Source: an uncultured Thermotogae bacterium (GTDB lineage: Bacteria; Bipolaricaulota; Bipolaricaulia; UBA7950; UBA9294). From it: a DNA stretch of 64,000 nucleotides. The DNA is taken from assembly GCA_964582285.1 (NCBI GenBank), contig CAZORQ010000003.1, positions 12,559 through 76,558 on the forward strand. The letters run 5' to 3'. Of the stretch, positions 17,934 through 25,348 are shown piece after piece; position 1 is the stretch's first letter, and each line of letters opens with the position of its first letter. The translations under genes were made by a program, and so were the position numbers. The notes under the pieces were generated by a model. That model saw only the letters and a list, made by a program, of their open reading frames with translations. It did no database searches and was not told the origin of the DNA.

Positions 17934-18911
17934 TCAGATGCGCACGACGACTGCTCCGTACGTCACGCCGGCGCCGAATCCGGTCAGTACGAGGACATGA
18001 CCCGGCTGAATCCGCCCGTCGCGGAGCGCTTCGTCCATGGCCAAGGGAATGGACGCGGCAGATGTGTTCGCGACGCGATCGAGGTTCGTGATGACGCGCT
18101 CGGGTGGGACGTTCAAGCGGCGGATAAGAGCGTCGATAATCCGAACATTGGCTTGGTGCGGGATGATCCAGTCTACGTCGTGCAGGTCGATACCTGCTGT
18201 GCTCAACGCACTGAGTGTCGCCTTCTCCATCATCGGTGCGGCGCTACGAAACACGCCGGATCCTTCCATCTTGACGAAGTGCTGGCGAGCTGCAACCGTC
18301 TCAGCGCTTGCGGCAACTCGCGTTCCGCCCGCTGGAATGTGGAGAAGAAGCGCCTTGTCGGCGTCGCCATAAAGGGAGGCGCCCAGAACGCCTTCGTTCT
18401 CCTCTCCCGGGCCGATCAACGCGGCACCGGCGCCGTCTCCGAAGACCACGCAAGTCTGTCGATCAGTCCAATCGGTTACGCGCGAAAGCGCCTCGATTCC
18501 GATGAGCAGCACATGCTTGTAGAGGCCGGATCGAACCAAGGCGTCGGCGACGGCAAGACCGTAGACGAAGCCGGTGCAACCGGCCTTCAGATCGAAGAAC
18601 GGTGTGTCGCGGAGACCGAGACCGGCAGCGATGAATGCCGCCGATCCGGGGCAGATCATGTCGGGGAAGGTGGTTGCGACCAGCAGCAGGTCGACATCTT
18701 CCGGCTGGAGCCCGGACGCTGCGATGGCACGAGCACCGGCGTCGACACCCATCGTGGATGGAAGCGCATCATCGGGCAGAATGTGGCGCGTTCGTATCCC
18801 CGTGCGCTGCACGATCCATTCGTCCGATGTGTCCACAAGTTTCTCAAGATCAGCGTTCGTCAGCGTCCTATCTGGGGTGTGGCTACCGGTTCCGAGAATC
18901 CTAGAGCCCAT
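17934..18911 (-). CDS. fabH: 3-oxoacyl-[ACP] synthase III FabH
   Basis: ..TSDEWIVQRTGI.., catalytic Cys in ..LKAGCTGFVYGL.., ..IPHQANVRI.., ..ANTSAASIPLA.., ..GFGAGVTYG... Confidence 0.92.
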   Translation of the reverse strand: MGSRILGTGSHTPDRTLTNADLEKLVDTSDEWIVQRTGIRTRHILPDDALPSTMGVDAGARAIAASGLQPEDVDLLLVATTFPDMICPGSAAFIAAGLGLRDTPFFDLKAGCTGFVYGLAVADALVRSGLYKHVLLIGIEALSRVTDWTDRQTCVVFGDGAGAALIGPGEENEGVLGASLYGDADKALLLHIPAGGTRVAASAETVAARQHFVKMEGSGVFRSAAPMMEKATLSALSTAGIDLHDVDWIIPHQANVRIIDALIRRLNVPPERVITNLDRVANTSAASIPLAMDEALRDGRIQPGHVLVLTGFGAGVTYGAVVVRI

Positions 18912-19914
18912 CTTCCCTCCATCCGGACATTCCCTTCGAGAGGCGGTCGATCAGACCCACCTCGACCTCACGGCAAGCGACCTCGATGGCGCTTCCGATG
19001 GCCATGGCATCCGATCGGCCGTGCGCGATGACGACAACCCCGTTGACTCCGAGAAGTGGGGCTCCACCGCGCTTGCGATACGAGAGAGACTTCTTGACGC
19101 GTGCGAACGAGCCGCTCATCAGGACTGCGCCTATCATCGCAAGCGCTCGTCCTCGGACGGTTCGCTTCAAGAGACTGGTGACGGCGGAAATGCCGCCTTC
19201 GACGGCCTTGAGGAAGATATTCCCGACGAATCCATCACACACAACAACATCCACCGGACGCCCAATGAGAAGATGATGTGCCTCGACGTTCCCGGCGAAG
19301 TCCAATGGCCCGGCCTCGAGTTGGGCGAACGTATCGGCAATCAAACGATTGCCTTTCCCGCGCTCAGCGCCGATATTGAGAAGGCCAGCTGTGGGGTGTT
19401 CGATCCCGAGCACCTCGCGCGCGTACGTTGCACCCATGAGCGCGAAGTGTATGAGCTGCTCCGGTGTGCAATCGCTGTTGGCCCCTACATCGATTACGAG
19501 AATGTCGTCGCCGGTAAGCGTCGGAAGGGAAGCGAGGATTCCTGGCCGGGGGATTTCGGGAATCCGACCGAGAGTGAAGATTGACCCGGCGACAGTGGCT
19601 CCCGTGTTCCCCGGTGAGACGAATGCATCCATCTCGCCATCGCGGATCGCGTTGAGGCCGACAACCAGGGAAGAGTCCTTCTTCTCGCGGACCGCCTTGA
19701 CCGGCGCATCCTCCATGCGAATCGTCTCAGAGCTCGGGAGAATGTCGAACTGCCCCCCGGGTTTCTTGCCGGAGTCGGAGAGGGCTTGCTTGATTTGCTG
19801 GGGGTCTCCGACGAACACGATGTCAATGGACCGTCGTCGTGCGACAACGACGCCTCCCTTGACCAACTCGGAACTCGGCAGATCGCCACCCATAACATCC
19901 AGAAGGATTCGCAT
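18901..19914 (-). CDS. plsX: Phosphate acyltransferase PlsX
   Basis: MRILLDVMGGD.., ..AFVSPGNTGA.., ..IDVGAN.., ..FVGNIFLK.., ..GVVVIAHGRS... Precedes fabH as usual. Confidence 0.92.
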   Translation of the reverse strand: MRILLDVMGGDLPSSELVKGGVVVARRRSIDIVFVGDPQQIKQALSDSGKKPGGQFDILPSSETIRMEDAPVKAVREKKDSSLVVGLNAIRDGEMDAFVSPGNTGATVAGSIFTLGRIPEIPRPGILASLPTLTGDDILVIDVGANSDCTPEQLIHFALMGATYAREVLGIEHPTAGLLNIGAERGKGNRLIADTFAQLEAGPLDFAGNVEAHHLLIGRPVDVVVCDGFVGNIFLKAVEGGISAVTSLLKRTVRGRALAMIGAVLMSGSFARVKKSLSYRKRGGAPLLGVNGVVVIAHGRSDAMAIGSAIEVACREVEVGLIDRLSKGMSGWREDGL

Positions 19915-19939
19915 CGACGTCTACTCCCATAGAACGGAA

Positions 19940-20029
19940 TGGTGCCGAGGGCGGGACTTGAACCCGCACGGACGTTTAATGTCCACATGGCCCTCAACCA
20001 TGCGCGTCTGCCAATTCCGCCACCTCGGC
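19940..20029 (-). tRNA. tRNA-Leu (anticodon GAG), CCA encoded
   Basis: Reverse complement folds as a class-II cloverleaf: acceptor GCCGAGG/CCTCGGC, anticodon stem CATGG/CCATG with loop TTGAGGG, long variable arm (GGAC..GTCC), T-arm GCGGG-TTCAAGT-CCCGC, then ACCA. Confidence 0.92.
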
Positions 20030-20136
20030 AACGGAAGCAATGGTAGCGGACCCTTACAGGACGGTCAACCGGACCGTGATTGGCACCGCGTGGGGGCGAC
20101 GCGCGACCCGAGAAGCTGGTGCTGTACGGGCGCAAC

Positions 20137-20165
20137 TTGTCTTCTGTAGCAAATCGGCCTATGAT
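20137..20165 (+). promoter_or_regulatory. Putative sigma-70-type promoter of the vWA gene
   Basis: TTGTCT (20137-20142), 17-nt spacer, TATGAT (20160-20165), about 50 nt upstream of ATG 20218 (SD GGCGGAGGTGA). Confidence 0.45.
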
Positions 20166-20217
20166 GAACTGCAATGCTAGAGTGAGATACTCCATCCCAT
20201 AGGGCGGAGGTGACGGG

Positions 20218-21669
20218 ATGAATGGCAGGATCTATGCCGGTTGTCTATTGCGCGGATTGCTGATCCTCTCTTTGGTGTTCGTCGTGGGTCTGGTGGCGGT
20301 TTCTGAGTCTGCGACGTATTTCGGTGTCACATATCCTCAGGGCGACCTTGCATTCGCTGATCGAGTGGTCGACTACGTCGCGGCAAGCTGTGTCCGGGAT
20401 GCATACGACGATCCCGAGGAGGCTCTTGGGCCTCCGGATTCTTGCTCCTCAGGCAACAGCTGTACGTCGGGATGTGAAGGCTGCAACGGTTGCGATACCA
20501 ATGCCGTATCGCTAGGATTCCGCGTAAGTGTGCTTGACAACCGCGGCTACCTGATTGTCGAATTTGTGGACAACGTTCTGATCAATGTCGCGGGAGCGGA
20601 TTTGTTCGTGTACATCACAAACGATAAGCCATGTCGCGTGGAAATTAGCTCGGACGGATTCAACTACATCTTCGTTGGCGAGACCGTTGGATACCCGGGT
20701 GCGATCGACATCGCCCCCTATGTGGCGGATGGGAGCGTGTTCCGCTTTGTGCGATTGAGCGACGTTCCTGCTGATGAAGACCACTCTGAGTGCCCCGGTC
20801 CAAGCATCGACGCCATTGGAGCGATGGGGCCTGCGATCCAAACGGCCGAGGGAGAAGCGTTCGGGAGTCTCGAACTCCAACCGATCGGAGACTTGGCGTT
20901 CGCGTTCGAGCGGATCCCCACGACGTTCTACATCATCCTCGACTCATCTTCGAGCATGGGTGAAGTAATTGACGGCGAGGTCAAACTCACGATTGCCAAG
21001 GATGTCATTGTCGACTTGCTACAGAACCTGCCCAGTGAAGCCGTTGTGGGCGTGAGAACATTCGGCGGACACTGCTCGAGCAATCTCCTTGCACCGGTGG
21101 CACCGATCGACCACGAGGCGCTTCGAAGCGAGATTCTGAAGCTGACTCCAAGAGGCGCGACGCCCATTGCTCTTGCTCTCGAGGAGGCGAAGGAAGATCT
21201 CACGGAGATATCCGGCCCGAAACTCATTTTGCTTGTGAGCGACGGGATTGAGACATGCAAAGGGGATCCTGTCGCGGCTGCGACGGAGTTCATCGGATCC
21301 GGCTTGGATCTGAGGATCCACGTCGTCGGATTCGACATTAGCAGGAACATGCCGGCACGCGATCAGCTGATCTCGATTGCCAAATCGACCGGCGGACTCT
21401 ACTTCGATGCCAACAACAGCGAAGAGCTTCGTCAGGCCATGAGTATCGCCGCACCGTTTAGCTACACGGTGTACGATGGAGACGGCAACGTCGTGTTCGA
21501 AGGCAGAATCGGGCAGGATGGTCCGTCCCTCCCTGCGGGTGTATACGACGTGGTGATCGACACCAGTCCTCCAATCATGATGAATGGTGTGGTTGTGGAG
21601 GACCAGTCCACAACGCTTATCACAGTGGAGCAAGAGAACGGAGGATTCCACGCCGAGGTGGAAGACTAG
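20218..21669 (+). CDS. Secreted protein: unknown N-terminal beta domain with Cys-rich insert, C-terminal vWA domain
   Basis: Signal/TM segment LLRGLLILSLVFVVGLVAV. N-terminal part ..EEALGPPDSCSSGNSCTSGCEGCNGC..VSLG..LIVEF..GADLFVY... vWA motifs ..FYIILDSSSSMGE.. and ..LILLVSDGIETCKGDP... Confidence 0.75.
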   Translation: MNGRIYAGCLLRGLLILSLVFVVGLVAVSESATYFGVTYPQGDLAFADRVVDYVAASCVRDAYDDPEEALGPPDSCSSGNSCTSGCEGCNGCDTNAVSLGFRVSVLDNRGYLIVEFVDNVLINVAGADLFVYITNDKPCRVEISSDGFNYIFVGETVGYPGAIDIAPYVADGSVFRFVRLSDVPADEDHSECPGPSIDAIGAMGPAIQTAEGEAFGSLELQPIGDLAFAFERIPTTFYIILDSSSSMGEVIDGEVKLTIAKDVIVDLLQNLPSEAVVGVRTFGGHCSSNLLAPVAPIDHEALRSEILKLTPRGATPIALALEEAKEDLTEISGPKLILLVSDGIETCKGDPVAAATEFIGSGLDLRIHVVGFDISRNMPARDQLISIAKSTGGLYFDANNSEELRQAMSIAAPFSYTVYDGDGNVVFEGRIGQDGPSLPAGVYDVVIDTSPPIMMNGVVVEDQSTTLITVEQENGGFHAEVED

Positions 21670-21734
21670 GCGCGCGTGGGACTGACGCATTAGCCAAATC
21701 GATCCGCTCTGAGCTGTGTTGTTGACGTATGCGG

Positions 21735-22463
21735 CTACAGGAGTGCGCCGCCGTGGACTTCGAGATTGCTTCCCGTGACATAGGCGGCGTCGTTGGATGC
21801 GAAGAAGGCCACGGCTGCTGCGATATCGCTTGGTTGTGCAATCCTTCCGAGAGGAATCTCCGCTGCCGCATCTGACGACGGGAGATTCTCACCGGTATCG
21901 ACGAAGCCGGGAGAGATTGCGTTGACGCGAATCCCATACGATCCCTCCGTCTTCGCAAGAGTTCTTGTCAGAAGTGAGACACCGGCTTTGGCGATAGCGT
22001 ACGGAAGCGTATTCGGGGTCGCGCGCCGTCGATCTGCGTGCATCGAGGCGATGTTGACGATCAGTCCCTTCCCTCTGGCTCGCATCAGGGGGAGAATCGC
22101 ACGACAGCAGAGGAACGTGCTCGTAAGATTTGATGCAATGATTTGATTCCACTCATCAAGGGATGTCGCGAGGAACGGTTTCAGCAGGAACGCTCCGGCG
22201 TTGTTGACCAAGAGGTCGATGGGACCCGCTTTCGATGCATCGTCGATCATTCGGACGACATCCTTCTCCTGCGTGATGTCGGCGCGGATCAGCTCGGTCT
22301 CAGGGCAAAGCTTCTGAAGCGACCTGAGGGCGATTGACGCACCGTCGCAATTGCGCGCGTGATTGAGGATGGGGATCCAACCATCCCGTGCCAGTCGCTC
22401 GGCGATGGCAAGGCCTATGTTTCGTGTACTCCCAGTGATAAGCGCGCGGCGGGACATGGTCAT
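21735..22463 (-). CDS. SDR-family oxidoreductase
   Basis: Start moved to ATG 22463 (MTMSRRALITGSTRNIGLAIAERLARDG). ..NNAG.., ..YAIAKAG... The upstream ORF extension to 22637 is discarded. Confidence 0.85.
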   Translation of the reverse strand: MTMSRRALITGSTRNIGLAIAERLARDGWIPILNHARNCDGASIALRSLQKLCPETELIRADITQEKDVVRMIDDASKAGPIDLLVNNAGAFLLKPFLATSLDEWNQIIASNLTSTFLCCRAILPLMRARGKGLIVNIASMHADRRRATPNTLPYAIAKAGVSLLTRTLAKTEGSYGIRVNAISPGFVDTGENLPSSDAAAEIPLGRIAQPSDIAAAVAFFASNDAAYVTGSNLEVHGGALL

Positions 22464-22465
22464 TG

Positions 22466-22750
22466 CTATGGAATTGCGGTCTGTCGGATCTGCTCTATGA
22501 CGACCGTCAAGTCGTCCTGCACGTGATGGAGACTGGCTCGGACCTTGGCCGGGTCGACGCGCGCAAGAGGCACGAGCGGATCGTCGGCAAGTCGATCGAG
22601 GTAAGCATCGATATCGGCGATGACTGTGGACAGACAAGACAGGCCGACCGGGTTGTCGGCTGCATCGAAATGCCGGATTCCACGTTGGAGATGGCCAATC
22701 GCACTGCCAATCAGTGTGAGAAGGTCCACTGTGTCACTTGGTTCTTTCAC
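22466..22750 (-). CDS. Hypothetical 94-aa acidic helical protein
   Basis: GTG 22750 is preceded by GAGGGAG at 6-nt spacing. It lies 47 nt downstream of the sigma gene, with its stop 2 nt before the SDR start. No family recognised. Confidence 0.55.
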   Translation of the reverse strand: MKEPSDTVDLLTLIGSAIGHLQRGIRHFDAADNPVGLSCLSTVIADIDAYLDRLADDPLVPLARVDPAKVRASLHHVQDDLTVVIEQIRQTAIP

Positions 22751-22797
22751 TCAGATCTCCCTCGGTCCGATTCGATTATGCCTCACAACGGCACGTC

Positions 22798-23595
22798 CTA
22801 GTTGCCTGAGCCCTGTTCGAGACTGTCCCTCATCTCGCGGAGGATCTTATCCTTCAGTCTAGAAATCTGGCGTTGGGACAGACCAAGCTCGGCTCCTATT
22901 TCTGATTGACTCTTCTTGTCGTAGAACAAGCCTTCGACGATCTGCTGCTGGATCTCGCTCAATCGCTCGATCGCCACGAGCACCCTCATGCGGACATCGT
23001 GCGGCAGGTCCTCAGAACCTGTCATCAATCTCTCAGCGGTTGGCGCCGACGGGTTGGGATCGGTGGTCCGGCGTTGCTGGTCTATCGAGACGTAGGTCAT
23101 CGTGTCGCGTCCCCTAAGCAAAGCGGTTAACTGGTCGTCGGTGAGTCCGAGATCGGAGGCGAGTTCGGCAAGCGTCGGCGGTCGTCCCTGTTGCTGGAAG
23201 AACGTCTCTTCAGCTTCCTTGATACGGCGGTTCATCGTCTGAACCCACTGAGGAATCCGGATTGTGGAGTGCTTGTCACGGATGTAATGCCGGATTTCTC
23301 CTTGGATCAGATAGCTGGCGTAGGTGCTGAATCGCGTGTTGCGTGCCAGATCGAAGTTGGACGCGGCATTCAGAAGACCGATGTAGCCCGCTTGGATCAG
23401 GTCATCGAGCAACTCACCTGAAATCAGGAACTTGATGGCGATCGATTTCACCAGTCCGATGTTCCGACGAACGATTTCCTCACGCAACTCCGCGGGGTCC
23501 AATCCTAGCGGCTTGTCATCGTCCAAGCAGTTCAGGAGCTCAAGGAGCTCTTCATTCGTCAGTGTGCCAGGGACTACTCGTTCCGCTTTGGGCAT
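22798..23595 (-). CDS. RNA polymerase sigma factor, group 3 (SigB/SigF/SigG-like)
   Basis: Region 2 ..DLIQAGYIGLLNAASNFDLARNTRFSTYASYLIQGEIRHYIRD.., region 3 ..PTLAELASDLGLTDDQL.., region 4.2 HTH ..KSQSEIGAELGLSQRQISRLKDKIL... Confidence 0.85.
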   Translation of the reverse strand: MPKAERVVPGTLTNEELLELLNCLDDDKPLGLDPAELREEIVRRNIGLVKSIAIKFLISGELLDDLIQAGYIGLLNAASNFDLARNTRFSTYASYLIQGEIRHYIRDKHSTIRIPQWVQTMNRRIKEAEETFFQQQGRPPTLAELASDLGLTDDQLTALLRGRDTMTYVSIDQQRRTTDPNPSAPTAERLMTGSEDLPHDVRMRVLVAIERLSEIQQQIVEGLFYDKKSQSEIGAELGLSQRQISRLKDKILREMRDSLEQGSGN

Positions 23596-23689
23596 CGCAG
23601 TTCGTCACTCCGGACCGTGTTGTGATTCCATTGTCAGCTAGAGTGTGCGGTCCGCAAGACCCAAATGGCATGATCTACGACCTCGACTT

Positions 23690-24139
23690 CTAGGACGTCT
23701 GCCACCACAACAGGAGGGCAAACAACACGGCGAACAGGGTCAAGCGGATGATGCTGGAGCGATAAGCAAGAGAGGGCGCCCGTTTCAGCGGGGATTCGCA
23801 TCCCAAGACCATGCAGTCGCCAATGGCATTTCTAAGCTCGAATTCCTCAGCACGCCCGGCGCCGAGGATCGCAGCGTCTCCAACGAACACAACGGGAACG
23901 CTTGACGTATCCACATTGTATGCGCGGACAAGCTCTCCCAGAAGGTCAAGCGCCTCGGGATCTGAGATATCGTACCGAACGATTGCGGTTGGGGGCAGCT
24001 CGGATGTGAGTCCCGCGAGCAGCTCCTCGACTTGAGAGCAGTCGGGGCAGCCTTCCTCGTAGAAGACGACAATCCATGGCAACTCGGCCGCAGAGATTGC
24101 CATGCAGGCACAGCCGAGAAGAAGCGTGGTACACAACAT
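23690..24139 (-). CDS. Exported thioredoxin/glutaredoxin-like CxxC protein with C-terminal TM anchor
   Basis: Start moved to ATG 24139 (signal MLCTTLLLGCACMAISA). ..VVFYEEGCPDCSQVEELL.. CxxC. C-terminal ..IIRLTLFAVLFALLLWW... Paralogous to the N-terminal domain of the next gene. Confidence 0.7.
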   Translation of the reverse strand: MLCTTLLLGCACMAISAAELPWIVVFYEEGCPDCSQVEELLAGLTSELPPTAIVRYDISDPEALDLLGELVRAYNVDTSSVPVVFVGDAAILGAGRAEEFELRNAIGDCMVLGCESPLKRAPSLAYRSSIIRLTLFAVLFALLLWWQTS

Positions 24140-24162
24140 GAGTAGCCGCAGATGACGGATCA

Positions 24163-25311
24163 CTACATCCACCCCACAAGAACGGCAAGGAGCATCCCTG
24201 CTCCGAGCAGGAACATGATGATGCCGGACACCAGGTGAAGCTTCCCGAGCCGTGCAGAACGCCAGCGCTCTGCGCGAGCTGTGGTCGTGAATCCGAAGTG
24301 GACCGCCAGCGTGATCGCGATCAACGGCAGAACGAAGATGAAGTTGTACAACAGAAGATACAGGATGCCTGTGCGATGCGTCGTGGTCTTCGTCAAGAGG
24401 GCGAGGATGGCGATATAGGGCCCCGAGGAGCAGGGCAGAAGGAACAGAGAATCGAGAATGCCGACGAAGAACGCTCCAGGCACACTGACCACGGATGCGG
24501 TCAGACGCTTCACGGTAGGGCGCCAACGCTTGGGAACCTCAATGGTGAACCACTTGCCATAGGCAAAGTAGTCTTTCATGTTCCACAAGCCGAGGAGGAT
24601 CGCGAGCGACGAAACGGCCATGATGAACGGTCGTTGAACTCCGGCCGCCTGGATGGCGGAGAAAATCCCGATACCCATCAGGAAGTACGAGATGAACACA
24701 GCCGCCGTGAAGGCAAAACCGGCTTTCAGGACAAGCGCCCTCGATTGGCTGCGCTGTGCGACAAGAAGCGTTCCTAGCAGAAGAACGAGGACTGCGAACG
24801 TACATGGGTTCACGGAATCCGCCGCTGCGGCGAGGATCACCGCAGGAACTGTCAGGTTCTCCGCGAGGCTGGCGCTGGATGATTCATCGACTCTCGATAG
24901 TGGGGAGGGAACACCTGAATCGCATGCCAGGCGGATTGCCCTCTCCAGCGCGAGATCCTCGCTGCGGCCGATCGGAGCGAACGGCTCCTCTTCCAGGCCA
25001 TAGAAGACCCCGTTCACGAACGAAACGTCGCCAACAAAGACAATGGGGACAGCGCCTTCCTCCACACCGTAGGCCTCGAGCAGCTTCGGGAGAAGATCCA
25101 ACGCGTCAGGTTCGTGGATCTCATAGTGCAGAATCTCGAGCTCCGGGTAGTTAGGACGAATGGACTCGAGGAACGCCTCGGTGTGCGCGCAATGCGAGCA
25201 CCCAATTTCATGGAAGAATACAAGCGTCGTCTGCGCAGCAGTCGCCACAAGGGCAAGAGCGGACAGCATGACAACGGTGAAACAGACGATCACGGGAAGC
25301 TTCGCTCTCAC
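24163..25311 (-). CDS. Fusion of exported Trx-like CxxC domain with CcdA/DsbD-type thiol:disulfide electron-transfer membrane domain
   Basis: GTG 25311 after GAAGGGAG. N-terminal ..VFFHEIGCSHCAHTEAFL... Membrane core has the two CcdA Cys motifs ..DSVNPCTFAVLVLL.. and ..FLLPCSSGPYIAIL... Confidence 0.8.
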   Translation of the reverse strand: MRAKLPVIVCFTVVMLSALALVATAAQTTLVFFHEIGCSHCAHTEAFLESIRPNYPELEILHYEIHEPDALDLLPKLLEAYGVEEGAVPIVFVGDVSFVNGVFYGLEEEPFAPIGRSEDLALERAIRLACDSGVPSPLSRVDESSSASLAENLTVPAVILAAAADSVNPCTFAVLVLLLGTLLVAQRSQSRALVLKAGFAFTAAVFISYFLMGIGIFSAIQAAGVQRPFIMAVSSLAILLGLWNMKDYFAYGKWFTIEVPKRWRPTVKRLTASVVSVPGAFFVGILDSLFLLPCSSGPYIAILALLTKTTTHRTGILYLLLYNFIFVLPLIAITLAVHFGFTTTARAERWRSARLGKLHLVSGIIMFLLGAGMLLAVLVGWM

Positions 25312-25348
25312 TCAGGGCTCCCTTCAGCGCTCCATTGCGACACGTGCT

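Noticed and set aside
17811-19031. Long antisense ORFs opposite well-supported genes. Examples: 17811-19031 (+, 406 aa) opposite fabH/fabD, 25160-26401 (+) opposite the DUF1573 gene, 33627-34625 (-) opposite the aminotransferase/serA, 11875-12894 (+) and 56928-58337 (-).
   Set aside because: Their translations are Arg/Pro/Gly/Ala-rich with no motifs or SD sites, which is typical of shadow ORFs in GC-rich DNA. In every case the opposite strand carries a motif-rich gene.
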